From the NCBI GenBank assembly GCA_965648935.1, contig CBFGIY010000021.1, forward strand, positions 1 through 31,850: a stretch of 31,850 bases of DNA, read 5' to 3'. Positions 7,136-16,639 of this stretch are shown here, piece by piece. The position numbers and the translations under genes were made by a program. Under the pieces are notes generated by a model, which was given only the letters and a program-made list of their open reading frames with translations, did not search any database and was not told where the DNA came from. The stretch is from a candidate division WOR-3 bacterium (GTDB taxonomy: Bacteria > Hydrothermota > Tepidihabitantia > Tepidihabitantales > Tepidihabitantaceae). Position 1 is the first letter of the stretch, and the number at the start of each line of letters is the position of its first letter.

Positions 7136-9457
7136 ATGGTGAAAAAAGCGGCCGCAAAGATAGTGAAGAAAGCGACCGGCGCTGCCCGGCGCCGCGACCT
7201 TCTGATTGTCGAATCCCCGACCAAAGCTCATTCCATAGCCAGGATGCTGGGCGGCAAGTACACCGTGCTGTCGTCGACCGGGCACGTCGCCGACCTGCCC
7301 AAGTCCCGGCTGGGCATCACCCTGCCTGCCGAGTGGCTCGATGAGCGATTGCCCGACTACCTGCGGCGCAACATCCCGGCCGGGCCCCTTGAGCTTGAGT
7401 ACATCCGCATCCGCGGCAAGGCGAAGATTATCAACGGGTTAAAGAAAGCGGCACAGAGCGCCCGCACGGTCTACATCGGATGTGACCCGGACCGCGAGGG
7501 TGAGGCCATTGCCTGGTCGGTCGCGGCCGAGGTGAAGGACGGCGCGCCGATAAAGCGGGTGATGTTCTTTGAAATCACACCGAAAGGGCTCGCCGCCGCT
7601 TTCGCCGAACCCGGCGAGATAGACATCAACCGGGTGAACTCGCACCGGGCGCGGCGGGCGATTGACCGCCTGGTCGGGTACCTGGTGTCGCCCATCCTGT
7701 GGAAGAAGGTGCGCGGCGGGCTGTCGGCCGGCCGGGTGCAGACCGTGGCGCTGCGGATGATTGTCGAGCGCGAGCGGGAAATCCAGAACTTCAAGCCCGA
7801 GGAGTACTGGGTGGTGCGCGCGCTCTTTGCCAAGGCGGACGGCGCGACCTTCGAGGCCCAGCTTGCGAAGATAGCGGGCAAGGATTTCAAGCTGCGCAAC
7901 GCGGCCGAGGTGGAGAGCGTCAGGGCCGGCTGCGCCGCGGCGCGGTTCGCCGTGGCCGAGGTGAAGAAGCGCGACCGGGTGCGCCGGCCGTTGCCGCCGT
8001 ACGTGACCGCGACGATGGTGCAGGATGCGGCCCAGCGGCTGGGGTTCAACTCGCGCCGGACCACGCGCGCGGCCCAGCAGCTTTTCGAGGGTCTGGCCGT
8101 GGGCAGCGAGACGGTCGGGCTCATCACTTACCCGCGCACCGACTCGTTCCGCGTGGCCGACGATGCCATAGGCCAGGCCCGGCAGGCCATCGAGCAGCAG
8201 TACGGCAAGGATTACGTCGCGGCCAAGGCGCGGCACTACCCGGACCGCAAGGGCGCGCAGGGCGCGCACGAGGCGATAAGGCCGACCCGGCTCGACCTGA
8301 CCCCGGAGCGGGTGCGCGAGTCCCTGTCGCCCGACCAGTACAAGCTCTACGACCTCATCTACCGCCGGTTCCTCGCCAGCCAGATGGCCGAGGCGGTGTA
8401 CGAGCTGACCGAGGCGCGCATCGCGGGCGGCGAGTACACGTTCGCGGCCGACGCGCTGAAGTGCCGGTTCTGCGGGTTCGAGAAGGCATACGGCGACCCG
8501 GACAAGGAGAAGTTCCTGCCGCCGCTCGAGCAGGGCGAGACCGTGAACCTTGAGGAGCTGCGGCCCGAGCAGAAGTTCACGCAGCCGCCGGCGCGCTACA
8601 CCGAGGCGACGCTGATCAAGCGGCTCGACACCAACGGCATCGGCCGGCCCTCGACCTACGCGTCGATAGTTTCAACGCTGTTCGACCGCGAGTACATCGA
8701 GCGCCGCGAGGGCCGGCTCTGCCCGACCAGCCTGGGCATCACGGTCCACGACACGGTCGTGCCCGGGTGCAAGGACGTTTTCGAGATCAACTTCACGCGC
8801 GAGATGGAGCGCGAGCTGGACGAGGTGGAGGAGGGCGGCGAGCAGTGGCAGACCGTGGTCGAGCGGCTGTTCCGGCCCCTGCAGGAGGACCTGATAAAGC
8901 TCGGCGACATGGCGCGGCCGATCGAGCTGCTCGACGAGGACTGCCCGACCTGCGGCGCGAAACTGGCCGAGCGCTGGGGCCGGTACGGCAAGTTCACCGC
9001 GTGCAGCCGCTACCCGGAATGCGGCTACATCAAGAAGGACAAGGGCCGCGAGCTTGACGAGAAGTGCCCGAAGTGCGGCAGGCCGCTGGTTGAGCGGACA
9101 GGCCGGTTCGGGCCGTTCGTGGCCTGCTCCGGCTACCCGGAATGCAAGTACATCAAGCGTGAGCCCAGGCCCGAGCCCAGGCCGGTCGAGGGCACCTGCC
9201 CGAAGTGCGGCAAGGGGCTGGTCGAGCGGCAGGGCCGGTTCGGGCCGTTCGTGGCCTGCTCGGGCTATCCCAAGTGCCGCTACATCGTCAAGGGCAAGCG
9301 CGAGCGGGTCGCACCCAGAAAGCTCGACGAGACCTGCCCCGAGTGCGGCAAGGGGCTGGTCGAGCGGCAGGGCCGGCGCGGGCCCTTTGTCGGCTGCTCG
9401 GGTTACCCGAAGTGCCGCTACATACGAGCCGACAGAACGGCCCGGGAGGAAGAGTGA
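7136..9457 (+). CDS. topA: type I DNA topoisomerase with four C-terminal Zn ribbons
   Basis: IVESPTKA, DPDREGE, SAGRVQT, ITYPRTD (catalytic Tyr), GAHEAIRPT and GIGRPSTY, plus repeated CPxCG...ACSGYPxC. Confidence 0.95.
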   Translation: MVKKAAAKIVKKATGAARRRDLLIVESPTKAHSIARMLGGKYTVLSSTGHVADLPKSRLGITLPAEWLDERLPDYLRRNIPAGPLELEYIRIRGKAKIINGLKKAAQSARTVYIGCDPDREGEAIAWSVAAEVKDGAPIKRVMFFEITPKGLAAAFAEPGEIDINRVNSHRARRAIDRLVGYLVSPILWKKVRGGLSAGRVQTVALRMIVEREREIQNFKPEEYWVVRALFAKADGATFEAQLAKIAGKDFKLRNAAEVESVRAGCAAARFAVAEVKKRDRVRRPLPPYVTATMVQDAAQRLGFNSRRTTRAAQQLFEGLAVGSETVGLITYPRTDSFRVADDAIGQARQAIEQQYGKDYVAAKARHYPDRKGAQGAHEAIRPTRLDLTPERVRESLSPDQYKLYDLIYRRFLASQMAEAVYELTEARIAGGEYTFAADALKCRFCGFEKAYGDPDKEKFLPPLEQGETVNLEELRPEQKFTQPPARYTEATLIKRLDTNGIGRPSTYASIVSTLFDREYIERREGRLCPTSLGITVHDTVVPGCKDVFEINFTREMERELDEVEEGGEQWQTVVERLFRPLQEDLIKLGDMARPIELLDEDCPTCGAKLAERWGRYGKFTACSRYPECGYIKKDKGRELDEKCPKCGRPLVERTGRFGPFVACSGYPECKYIKREPRPEPRPVEGTCPKCGKGLVERQGRFGPFVACSGYPKCRYIVKGKRERVAPRKLDETCPECGKGLVERQGRRGPFVGCSGYPKCRYIRADRTAREEE
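9065..9424 (+). repeat. three similar 90-bp Zn-ribbon coding repeats within topA
   Basis: Units at 9065-9154, 9197-9286 and 9335-9424 each encode CPxCGxxLVERxGRxGPFVxCSGYPxCxYI. Confidence 0.85.
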
Positions 9458-9897
9458 TCTGGCGCCGGGCCGGCGGCTTCTTCATCCTGCGGCTCGAGCG
9501 CGGCGAGGACATACCGACCGAGGTTACCGGCTTCGTCCGCCGGCAGAAGGTGCGCTCCGGCGTCGTGTCGGGCATCGGCGCGGCCTCGGACATCGAGCTG
9601 GGCTACTTCCATCTGGGCGAGCGCCGCTACGAGCGCAAGCGGATAAAGTCGGAGTGCGAAGTGGCAAGCATAACCGGCAACATCGCGTGGGCCGAGAACG
9701 AGCCGGTCTGCCACCTGCACGCGGTCGTGACCGACAGCCGGATGCGTGCCTGGGGCGGGCATCTCTTCGCGGCGCGGGTCGCGGCGACCTGCGAGGTCTG
9801 CATACTGCCCGGCCGGGCGCGGCTCGGGCGCGCCCTCGACCGCGCGACCGGGCTCAAGCTGCTGGCGCTTGCGCCCGCGCCGCGCCGGTCGGCTTGA
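9454..9897 (+). CDS. PPC/DUF296 domain putative DNA-binding protein
   Basis: LRLERGEDI, GIGA, EVASITGNI, HLH, GGHL and TCEV. The GTG start overlaps the topA stop (GTGA). Confidence 0.85.
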   Translation: MIWRRAGGFFILRLERGEDIPTEVTGFVRRQKVRSGVVSGIGAASDIELGYFHLGERRYERKRIKSECEVASITGNIAWAENEPVCHLHAVVTDSRMRAWGGHLFAARVAATCEVCILPGRARLGRALDRATGLKLLALAPAPRRSA

Positions 9898-9921
9898 CTA
9901 GCGCGAGCCTGCAGATAAACT
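9894..9921 (+). promoter_or_regulatory. acpP-fabF promoter
   Basis: TTGACT-16 bp-TAAACT. RBS AAGGAGG at 9981-9987. Confidence 0.55.
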
Positions 9922-9993
9922 GCTACGTTCGGGCAACCCGGTGACCGGCTACGCGGTCGGGGAACGGCCCGGCAAAGCCTAAGGAGGAAACTG

Positions 9994-10236
9994 ATGGCGT
10001 TGACAGACGACGTCAAGAACATCATCGTCGAACAGCTCCACGTGACCCCGGAGAAGGTCACCGACACCGCCCACTTCGTCGACGACCTCGGGGCGGACTC
10101 GCTCGACATCGTCGAGCTCGTCATGGCATTCGAGGAGAAGTTCGGCCTCGAGATACCGGACGAGGACTCCCAGCAGCTCGTCACCGTCGGCAAGGCGGTC
10201 GAGTACCTCGAAAAGCGTCTGGCCGAGAAGAAGTAG
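9994..10236 (+). CDS. acpP: acyl carrier protein
   Basis: [26 protein letters not shown]. Confidence 0.97.
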   Translation: MALTDDVKNIIVEQLHVTPEKVTDTAHFVDDLGADSLDIVELVMAFEEKFGLEIPDEDSQQLVTVGKAVEYLEKRLAEKK

Positions 10237-10261
10237 ACCAGAAAGACAGCCGGGCAGAGCG

Positions 10262-11530
10262 ATGAATCGCACCGGGCCAAGCGCAGCGTCCGGCCGGCGC
10301 GTGGTCGTCACCGGACTGGGCATCGTCTCGCCGGTCGGCAACGACGTACCGACCTTCTGGGACAGCCTGATGGCGGGCCGGGTCGGGACGGCGCGGCTGG
10401 AGGGTTTCGACCTCACCGACCTGGACGTGACCATCGGCGCTCAGGTCAAGGACTTCGACCCCGCGGCCCGGTTCGACCCGAAGCTGGCCAAGCGGTCGGA
10501 CCGGTTTGTCCAGTTCGCGCTGTGGGCCGCGGACGAGGCGGTGCGCGCGGCCGGGCTGGACTGCGCGAAGCTGGACGCGGACCGCGCCGGCGTCATCGTC
10601 GGCTCGGGGATGGGCGGGGTCCAGGTCTGGGAAGCGCACCACGCCCAGTTCCTGCAGCGCGGGCCGAAGCGGGTGTCGCCGCTGCTCATCCCGATGATGA
10701 TACCGGACATGGCCGCGGGCCAGATCGCCATCACCTACGGCCTGCGCGGGCCCAACTACGACACAACCTCGGCCTGCGCCTCGGGCGCGCACGCCACCGG
10801 CGTCGCGTTCCGGCACATCGTCGCGGGTGACGCCGACCTGATGATCGCCGGCGGTTCAGAGGCGGCCATCACGCGCTTCACGGTCGCCGGGTTCGCCAAC
10901 ATGGGCGCGCTGTCCAAGCGCAACGATGAGCCCGAGAAGGCGTCCCGTCCGTTCGACCGGGACCGCGACGGTTTCGTGATCGCCGAAGGTTGCGGCGTGT
11001 ACATTCTCGAAGAGCTTGAGCACGCCCGGCGCCGGGGCGCGCCGATAGTCTGCGAGATCGCCGGGTACGGCGCCACCGCGGACGGCCACCACATCACCGC
11101 GCCCGACCCCGAGGGCCGGGGCGCGATCAACGCGATGAGGATGGCGGTGGCGGACGCGGGCCTGCGCCTTGAAGACATCGACTACATCAACGCCCACGGC
11201 ACATCGACGCCCCTGAACGACGCGACCGAGGTCAAGGCGATCGTCGACCTGTTCGGCGCGCACGCGGCCCAACTCGCGGTCAACTCGACCAAGTCGATGA
11301 TCGGCCACGGCCTCGGCTCGGCCGGGTCGATGGAGTTCGTGGCGATGGCGCTGCAGATCCAGCGCGGCCGGCTGCACGCGACCGTGAACTTCGAGAGCCC
11401 GGACGACGGCGTGACGCTGGACTTCGTGAAGGACGGGCCGCGCGACGCGCAGATTCGCGCCGCGCTGTCCAACTCCTTCGGGTTCGGCGGCCACAACTGC
11501 TGCCTCTGCGTCAAGGCGTACCGCGAATGA
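10262..11530 (+). CDS. fabF: 3-oxoacyl-ACP synthase II
   Basis: RRVVVTGLG, SACASG, NAHGTST, KSMIGH and NSFGFGGHN. Confidence 0.95.
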   Translation: MNRTGPSAASGRRVVVTGLGIVSPVGNDVPTFWDSLMAGRVGTARLEGFDLTDLDVTIGAQVKDFDPAARFDPKLAKRSDRFVQFALWAADEAVRAAGLDCAKLDADRAGVIVGSGMGGVQVWEAHHAQFLQRGPKRVSPLLIPMMIPDMAAGQIAITYGLRGPNYDTTSACASGAHATGVAFRHIVAGDADLMIAGGSEAAITRFTVAGFANMGALSKRNDEPEKASRPFDRDRDGFVIAEGCGVYILEELEHARRRGAPIVCEIAGYGATADGHHITAPDPEGRGAINAMRMAVADAGLRLEDIDYINAHGTSTPLNDATEVKAIVDLFGAHAAQLAVNSTKSMIGHGLGSAGSMEFVAMALQIQRGRLHATVNFESPDDGVTLDFVKDGPRDAQIRAALSNSFGFGGHNCCLCVKAYRE

Positions 11531-11552
11531 GCGAGCGGGCCCGGAGGCCGAG

Positions 11553-12332
11553 ATGAACATCACGATCTGCATCAAGCAGGTGCCATCGACCGAGACCCGC
11601 ATCCGGGTCAGCACCCAGACCGGCTTCGTCGACACCAGCGACGCCGACTGGGTGATAAACCCCTACGACGAGTACGCGCTCGAGCTCGCCCTGCGCGCGA
11701 AGGAACAGCTCGGCGCCGCGACGATAACCGCCGTCGCGCTCGGCCCGGAGCGCGTCAAGTCGGCGCTGAAAACGGCGCTGGCGACCGGCGCGGACAGCGC
11801 GGTGCACCTCTCTGACCCGGCTTTCGAAGGGCTGGGCGCGCTGGCCACAGGCCGGGCACTGGCCGCGGCGATAAAGCGCGGTCCGTACGACCTGGTGCTC
11901 TGCGGCAAGCAGGCAATCGACGACGACCTTGCCGCGGTGCCGCAGGCGGTGGCGCACTTTCTGGGCATCCCGCACGTCGCGGTCGTGGCCGAGGCGCACA
12001 TCGCGGGCAACAAGGTCACGGCCCACCGCGAAGTCGAAGGCGCGACCGAGGTGGTCGAGCTTTCCCTGCCGTGTCTGCTGACCATACAGAAGGGCAAGTT
12101 CGAGCCGCGCCTGCCGACCCTGAAGGGGATGATGGCGGCGAAGAAGAAGGAGATTCCGACACTGGGCGCGGCCGACCTCGGGCTCGACGGCGCCGCGCTC
12201 GGCCGCGGGCTCGAACCGGTCGCGGACCGGTTGCCGCCGGGGCGCAAGCCGGGCCGGGCCATCGAGGGCGACCCGGCCGCGCAGGTGGCCGAACTGGTGC
12301 GGGCCCTGCGCGAGGAAGCCAAGGTCATCTAG
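11553..12332 (+). CDS. etfB: electron transfer flavoprotein beta subunit (FixA family)
   Basis: CIKQVP, INPYDEYALE, GKQAID and EPRLPTLKGMMAAKKK. Confidence 0.92.
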   Translation: MNITICIKQVPSTETRIRVSTQTGFVDTSDADWVINPYDEYALELALRAKEQLGAATITAVALGPERVKSALKTALATGADSAVHLSDPAFEGLGALATGRALAAAIKRGPYDLVLCGKQAIDDDLAAVPQAVAHFLGIPHVAVVAEAHIAGNKVTAHREVEGATEVVELSLPCLLTIQKGKFEPRLPTLKGMMAAKKKEIPTLGAADLGLDGAALGRGLEPVADRLPPGRKPGRAIEGDPAAQVAELVRALREEAKVI

Positions 12333-12344
12333 GCGAGGTGAGCG

Positions 12345-12995
12345 ATGGTGTTTGACCGCAAGCTCGGCCGGGAACGGCTGCTGGTCGGCATCGGCGGCCA
12401 GATGGGCGCGGGCAAGACGACGGTCATCGGCGAGCTGAAGCGCTACGGCGCGAAGGTCATCGACGCGGACCAGATCGGCTGGGGGCTGCTGGCCAAGAAC
12501 TCGCCGCAGTACGCGGCGCTGGTCAAGACCTTCGGCAAGGACATTCTCGACAAGGCCGGCCGCATCGACCGCCGGTCCCTGGGCGCGAAGGCGTTCGCGG
12601 GCAAGGCCGCGCTGGCCAAGCTGAACAAGATAACCCACCCGCCGCTGGTGGAGAAGCTGCGCGCCGAGATCGCCCGGCACAAGAAGGGCCTGGTCATTGT
12701 CGACGCCGCGCTGCTGTTCTTCTGGGGTCTGGACAAGGAAATGGACGTGTCGATTCTCGTCACGGCGCCGGAGCGCATCAAGGTCAAGCGGATGACCGAG
12801 CTGGGCATGACCCCGGAACAGGCCCGGGCCCGGCTCAAGCTCCAGCCGCCCGACGCCAAGGTCTGGCGCCGCGCCGACTTCGTGCTGGAGAACTCGGGCT
12901 CGCTGCCCGAGCTCAAGCGCAAGGCCCGCGCGCTCTGGAACTTCTTCTACAGCGCCCGCTTCCAGAACACGCGGCCGGAAGACCAGAAGGCCTAG
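12345..12995 (+). CDS. coaE: dephospho-CoA kinase
   Basis: GGQMGAGKTT P-loop, IDAD, IDRRSLG, LNKITHP and ADFVLENSG. Confidence 0.9.
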   Translation: MVFDRKLGRERLLVGIGGQMGAGKTTVIGELKRYGAKVIDADQIGWGLLAKNSPQYAALVKTFGKDILDKAGRIDRRSLGAKAFAGKAALAKLNKITHPPLVEKLRAEIARHKKGLVIVDAALLFFWGLDKEMDVSILVTAPERIKVKRMTELGMTPEQARARLKLQPPDAKVWRRADFVLENSGSLPELKRKARALWNFFYSARFQNTRPEDQKA

Positions 12996-13018
12996 GCCAG
13001 GGGCCGGGGCCGGTTCCC

Positions 13019-14086
13019 GTGAAACTCAACCAGGTGCCGCTCGAAGAGCTGGAATGCTCCGGCGGCCTGGTGCGGGCGAGCACACCCTACATACTCGAGT
13101 ACGACGAGGTCGCGAGCCTGGCCGCGGGCCTTTTCGAAGTCTATGCCCGGCTGGTGAACCCGGCGGCGAGCAGGCTCGGCCCGCGCGCGCGCGAGGCCAA
13201 CGCCGAGAGCTACGAGTTTTTCGCGGGCGAGCGCGCGGTCGGCCGGCTGCACGTGGTCTACGACGTCGAGCAGACGCGGCTGGCTCTGGAGCTGCCTGAT
13301 GACGAGGCGTCGAAGTGCTACAGACTGCTGCGCGAGCAGCGGCTGGTCCGGCCCGACCTGGAGTCGATCCGACGCGCGATGTCGGGCAACCTCGCCGAGA
13401 CGGTCGCGGCGGTTCTCTGGCAGATCGGCGCGATCAAAGTCAGCCTGGGGGACCTGCGGCCGCTGTTCAAGGTCGACGAGGGGCGCAACTTCTCGCCCAT
13501 CTACATCGACGTCAAGGGCCTGACCGCGTATCCGGAGGTAAACGACTTCGTGCTGGCGTCGGCCGCGCTGCTGGTGCGCAACGTCGAGTTCGACGCGGTC
13601 TGCGGCATCGAGTCGGGCAGCATCTCGATTGCGGCGAGCCTGGCCCAGAAACTCGCCCGGCCGATGTTCTACGCCCGGCGCACGCGCCGCTTTCCCGAGG
13701 CGAGCCCGTTCGAGGGCATCAAGAGCCACGAGCTGTTCCGCAAGCGGGTACTCTTGGTCGACGACACGCTGGTCCACGGCTGGACCAAGGCGCGGGTCAT
13801 CGCCGAAATCCGCGAGTGGGGCGGCCGGGTAGACACCTGCTTTGTCATCTTCGACCGCCAGCAGCAGGGTTCGGTGGACCTGCAGTGGGCCGGGGTGAAG
13901 CTGCTCTCGCTCACCGACCGCACAGCCGGCCTCTCCGAGAAGATACCGCGCGAGATTTCCTTCCTCACCGACGAGGAGTACGCCGAGGTCACCGAGTACT
14001 TCAGCGACCCGGCCGCGTGGCACGCGCGGCGCGGGCTCGAGTTCCACCGCCTCGCCGAGCGCCCCAGGCCCGCGGCCGGGGCTTGA
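13019..14086 (+). CDS. orotate phosphoribosyltransferase-like (type I PRTase) protein with an extra N-terminal domain
   Basis: SPIYIDVK, DAVCGIESG, VLLVDD and FVIFDRQ in the C-terminal ~230 aa. The first ~115 aa are unrecognised. Confidence 0.7.
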   Translation: MKLNQVPLEELECSGGLVRASTPYILEYDEVASLAAGLFEVYARLVNPAASRLGPRAREANAESYEFFAGERAVGRLHVVYDVEQTRLALELPDDEASKCYRLLREQRLVRPDLESIRRAMSGNLAETVAAVLWQIGAIKVSLGDLRPLFKVDEGRNFSPIYIDVKGLTAYPEVNDFVLASAALLVRNVEFDAVCGIESGSISIAASLAQKLARPMFYARRTRRFPEASPFEGIKSHELFRKRVLLVDDTLVHGWTKARVIAEIREWGGRVDTCFVIFDRQQQGSVDLQWAGVKLLSLTDRTAGLSEKIPREISFLTDEEYAEVTEYFSDPAAWHARRGLEFHRLAERPRPAAGA

Positions 14087-14152
14087 CAGCCGCGCGCCGC
14101 GGCCCCATCATCAATCACAGCCCGCCGCCGCGGGCGGGCCGAGGAGGAGCGA

Positions 14153-15022
14153 GTGTACTGGCATTACAACTGCCCGAGATGCGGGTCGCCGACGTTCATC
14201 AACTGGGACAGGCTGGCGCACGAGACCAGGTGCCAGTACTGCGGCGAGCACCATTATCCGCCGACCCCGGCCGAGGACCACTACGCCTATGTCGACGACC
14301 GGCACTATCCCCAGGATATCCGCGACGTCGTGCTGTCGCTGCGCGGCACGTCCTGCATGGTGCCGGGCTGCTACCAAGAGGCCGAGGCGCTGGTGCACAA
14401 GAAAGCCTTCAGCCACGGCGGCCGGACCTCGGTCGACAACCTCGTCCCGATGTGCCCGCGCCACGCCCAGCTCAAGGGCGAGCACGACTACGACGAATGG
14501 CTTGAAAAACTGAAGGCCGAGACACCGGCCAAGCCGGTGTTTGAGGTCACGATAACGACCAAAGAGCCCAGGCCCGCGCCCGAGCCGCCGCCTGCGGCGC
14601 CGGCGCCGCGGCAGTCCGCGCCGGCAATCCAGCCGATAGCCGCGGGCCGGGGACTTGAAGTCGAGTCCGGCGAGGTACCCGAGCCCGGGGCGACGCTGTG
14701 GCTGGCGATGCCTTTCCTGCGCGGCACGACGGCGCGGCTGGTGCTGGACTACGACTGGCAGACCCAGGGCAGCGGGACCTGCCGGGTCTGGCTGTGCGCG
14801 TGGCCGGCCGGGCCCGAGCCGGACTTCACGGCGCTCGGCACCGAGTCGTTCCGCGCCAGCGCGGCCCGGGCCGAGCACGCGGGCGGCGGGAGCAGCAGCG
14901 CGCGCATCACGCTGGACCTGCCGCCGGGCTCAACCGGGCGCTGGACCGCGGCGATTGTCGTCGACGACCAGGGCGCGGGTCTTGTGATCGGGGAATACGT
15001 CATCGCCGGGCTTGCCGGCTAG
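14153..15022 (+). CDS. Zn-ribbon, HNH-like, Pro linker and beta-rich domain protein
   Basis: CPRCG...CQYCG, then CMVPGC...HKKAFSHGGRTSVDNLVPMCPRH. RBS GAGGAG. TTGACA-17-CATCAT at 14083-14111. Confidence 0.7.
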   Translation: MYWHYNCPRCGSPTFINWDRLAHETRCQYCGEHHYPPTPAEDHYAYVDDRHYPQDIRDVVLSLRGTSCMVPGCYQEAEALVHKKAFSHGGRTSVDNLVPMCPRHAQLKGEHDYDEWLEKLKAETPAKPVFEVTITTKEPRPAPEPPPAAPAPRQSAPAIQPIAAGRGLEVESGEVPEPGATLWLAMPFLRGTTARLVLDYDWQTQGSGTCRVWLCAWPAGPEPDFTALGTESFRASAARAEHAGGGSSSARITLDLPPGSTGRWTAAIVVDDQGAGLVIGEYVIAGLAG

Positions 15023-15034
15023 CGCGGCCGCGCG

Positions 15035-16291
15035 TCAGTCGCGGAAGACCGCGCGGACCTCTTCGACCGCGGCGTTGGACGGCACCTCCATCTGGGTGCC
15101 GGCGCCGAGGTCCTTGAGCGTGTACACGCCGCGCGCCAGCTCGTCCGGCCCGACCACAAGGCAGCAGGCGGCGCCGGCCGCGTCGGCGGTGCGGAACTGG
15201 CGCTTGAGGTTGCGCGCGTCGAAGTCCATCTGCGCCGGGACGCCGGCGGCGCGCAGCCGGTCGGCGAGTTCGACCGCGTGGTCGCGCTCGGCGTCGGAGA
15301 ACCACGCCACCCAGCAGAGCCGGCGCCGGCCCACGCGCAGCGGCGGCTGGGAGGCGAGCATCGTCCGCTCCAGCCCGATGGCGAGCCCGACGGCGGGCGT
15401 GTCCGGCCCGCCCATTTCCCGGAAAAGATAGTCGTAGCGGCCGCCGCCCCCGAGGCTGTCCTGCGCGCCGAGCGCGGCCGAAGCGTACTCGAAAGTCGTG
15501 CGGTTGTAATAGTCTAGGCCGCGCACCAGCCGGTCGTCGACCACAAAGCGCAGGTTGCGGCGAGCGAGCGTGTCGAGCACGGCGTTGAAGTGGGCGTTGC
15601 ACTCCGGGCAGAGGTGGGCGCGCGGCGCGGGCGCATCGGCGACTGCGGCGCGGCAGGAAGCGACCTTGCAGTCGAGCACGCGCAGGGGGTTGGTCGCGGC
15701 GCGCTGGCGGCAGTCGTCGCAGAGCGAGTCGAGCCGGGCGGAGAGGAACTCGACGAGCCGGGCGCGGTGATCGGGCCGGCAGGCGACGCAGCCGATCGAG
15801 TTGACCTTCACCGCGCAGTCGCCGATGCCGACGAGGGCGAAGAACTCCGCCCCGAAAAGGATGACCTCGGCGTCGACCGAGGGCGCGGCCTCGCCCAGCG
15901 CCTCGGCGCCGAGCTGGTGAAACTGGCGGTAGCGGCCCTTCTGGGGCCGGCTGTAGCGGAAGTATGGCCCGGTGTAATACAGCCGCAGCGGCGGGCGCAG
16001 GCCGGATTCGAGCACGGCGCGGACGATGCCGGGCGTGCCCTCGGGCCGCAGGGTCAGGCTGCGACCGGCCTTGTCGGTGAACTCGTACATCTCCTTGGTG
16101 ACGATGTCCGAGCCCGCGCCCGAGGTCTTGACAAACACATCGGTGTGCTCGAACACCGGAGTCTCGGCGCGGCGGAACCCGTAGACCTCGGCGAGGTGGG
16201 CGAAAGCGTCCTCGACCCAGCGCTTGTGCTCGGACTCCGGGGGCAGGAAGTCGAGCGTACCCTTGGGCCGCGCGCGCTTCTCGTCGCTCAT
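15035..16291 (-). CDS. hisS: histidine--tRNA ligase
   Basis: PKGTLDFLP, TLRPEGT, PQKGRYRQFHQ, LVRGLDYYNRTTFE and GGGRYD. Start taken as ATG 16291, which overlaps the upstream stop. Confidence 0.95.
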   Translation of the reverse strand: MSDEKRARPKGTLDFLPPESEHKRWVEDAFAHLAEVYGFRRAETPVFEHTDVFVKTSGAGSDIVTKEMYEFTDKAGRSLTLRPEGTPGIVRAVLESGLRPPLRLYYTGPYFRYSRPQKGRYRQFHQLGAEALGEAAPSVDAEVILFGAEFFALVGIGDCAVKVNSIGCVACRPDHRARLVEFLSARLDSLCDDCRQRAATNPLRVLDCKVASCRAAVADAPAPRAHLCPECNAHFNAVLDTLARRNLRFVVDDRLVRGLDYYNRTTFEYASAALGAQDSLGGGGRYDYLFREMGGPDTPAVGLAIGLERTMLASQPPLRVGRRRLCWVAWFSDAERDHAVELADRLRAAGVPAQMDFDARNLKRQFRTADAAGAACCLVVGPDELARGVYTLKDLGAGTQMEVPSNAAVEEVRAVFRD

Positions 16292-16620
16292 TTCACCAGC
16301 GCCCGCGACAGCTCGAAGCAGGCCAGGCCGAGCAGCGCGCCGCAGAGGTTGGCGAGCATGTCGATCTCGCTGTAGATGCGCCACTTCATCAGCCGCTGGA
16401 CCTGCTCGAGCGCGACCCCGACCGGCAGGGTCACCAGAAGCGACGCCCAGGGCGCGGCCGCCTGGGCCAGCGTGCCCATCACGGTGAAGAGCGCGACGTG
16501 GACGACCTTGTCGCCGCCCCGCTCCAGCAGCGCGGGCTTGCGCTCGAGCTTGACCGAGAGCGTCACCGCGGTGAGCGCGATCCAGAGAATCAGAAACAGC
16601 CAGGCCCGGCCCCGGCGCAC
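16288..16620 (-). CDS. small VanZ-like membrane protein
   Basis: Hydrophobic segments with DKVVHVALF, EQVQ and DMLANLCG. Confidence 0.7.
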   Translation of the reverse strand: MRRGRAWLFLILWIALTAVTLSVKLERKPALLERGGDKVVHVALFTVMGTLAQAAAPWASLLVTLPVGVALEQVQRLMKWRIYSEIDMLANLCGALLGLACFELSRALVK

Positions 16621-16639
16621 CTTGCCGCCCCGGCCCAGC

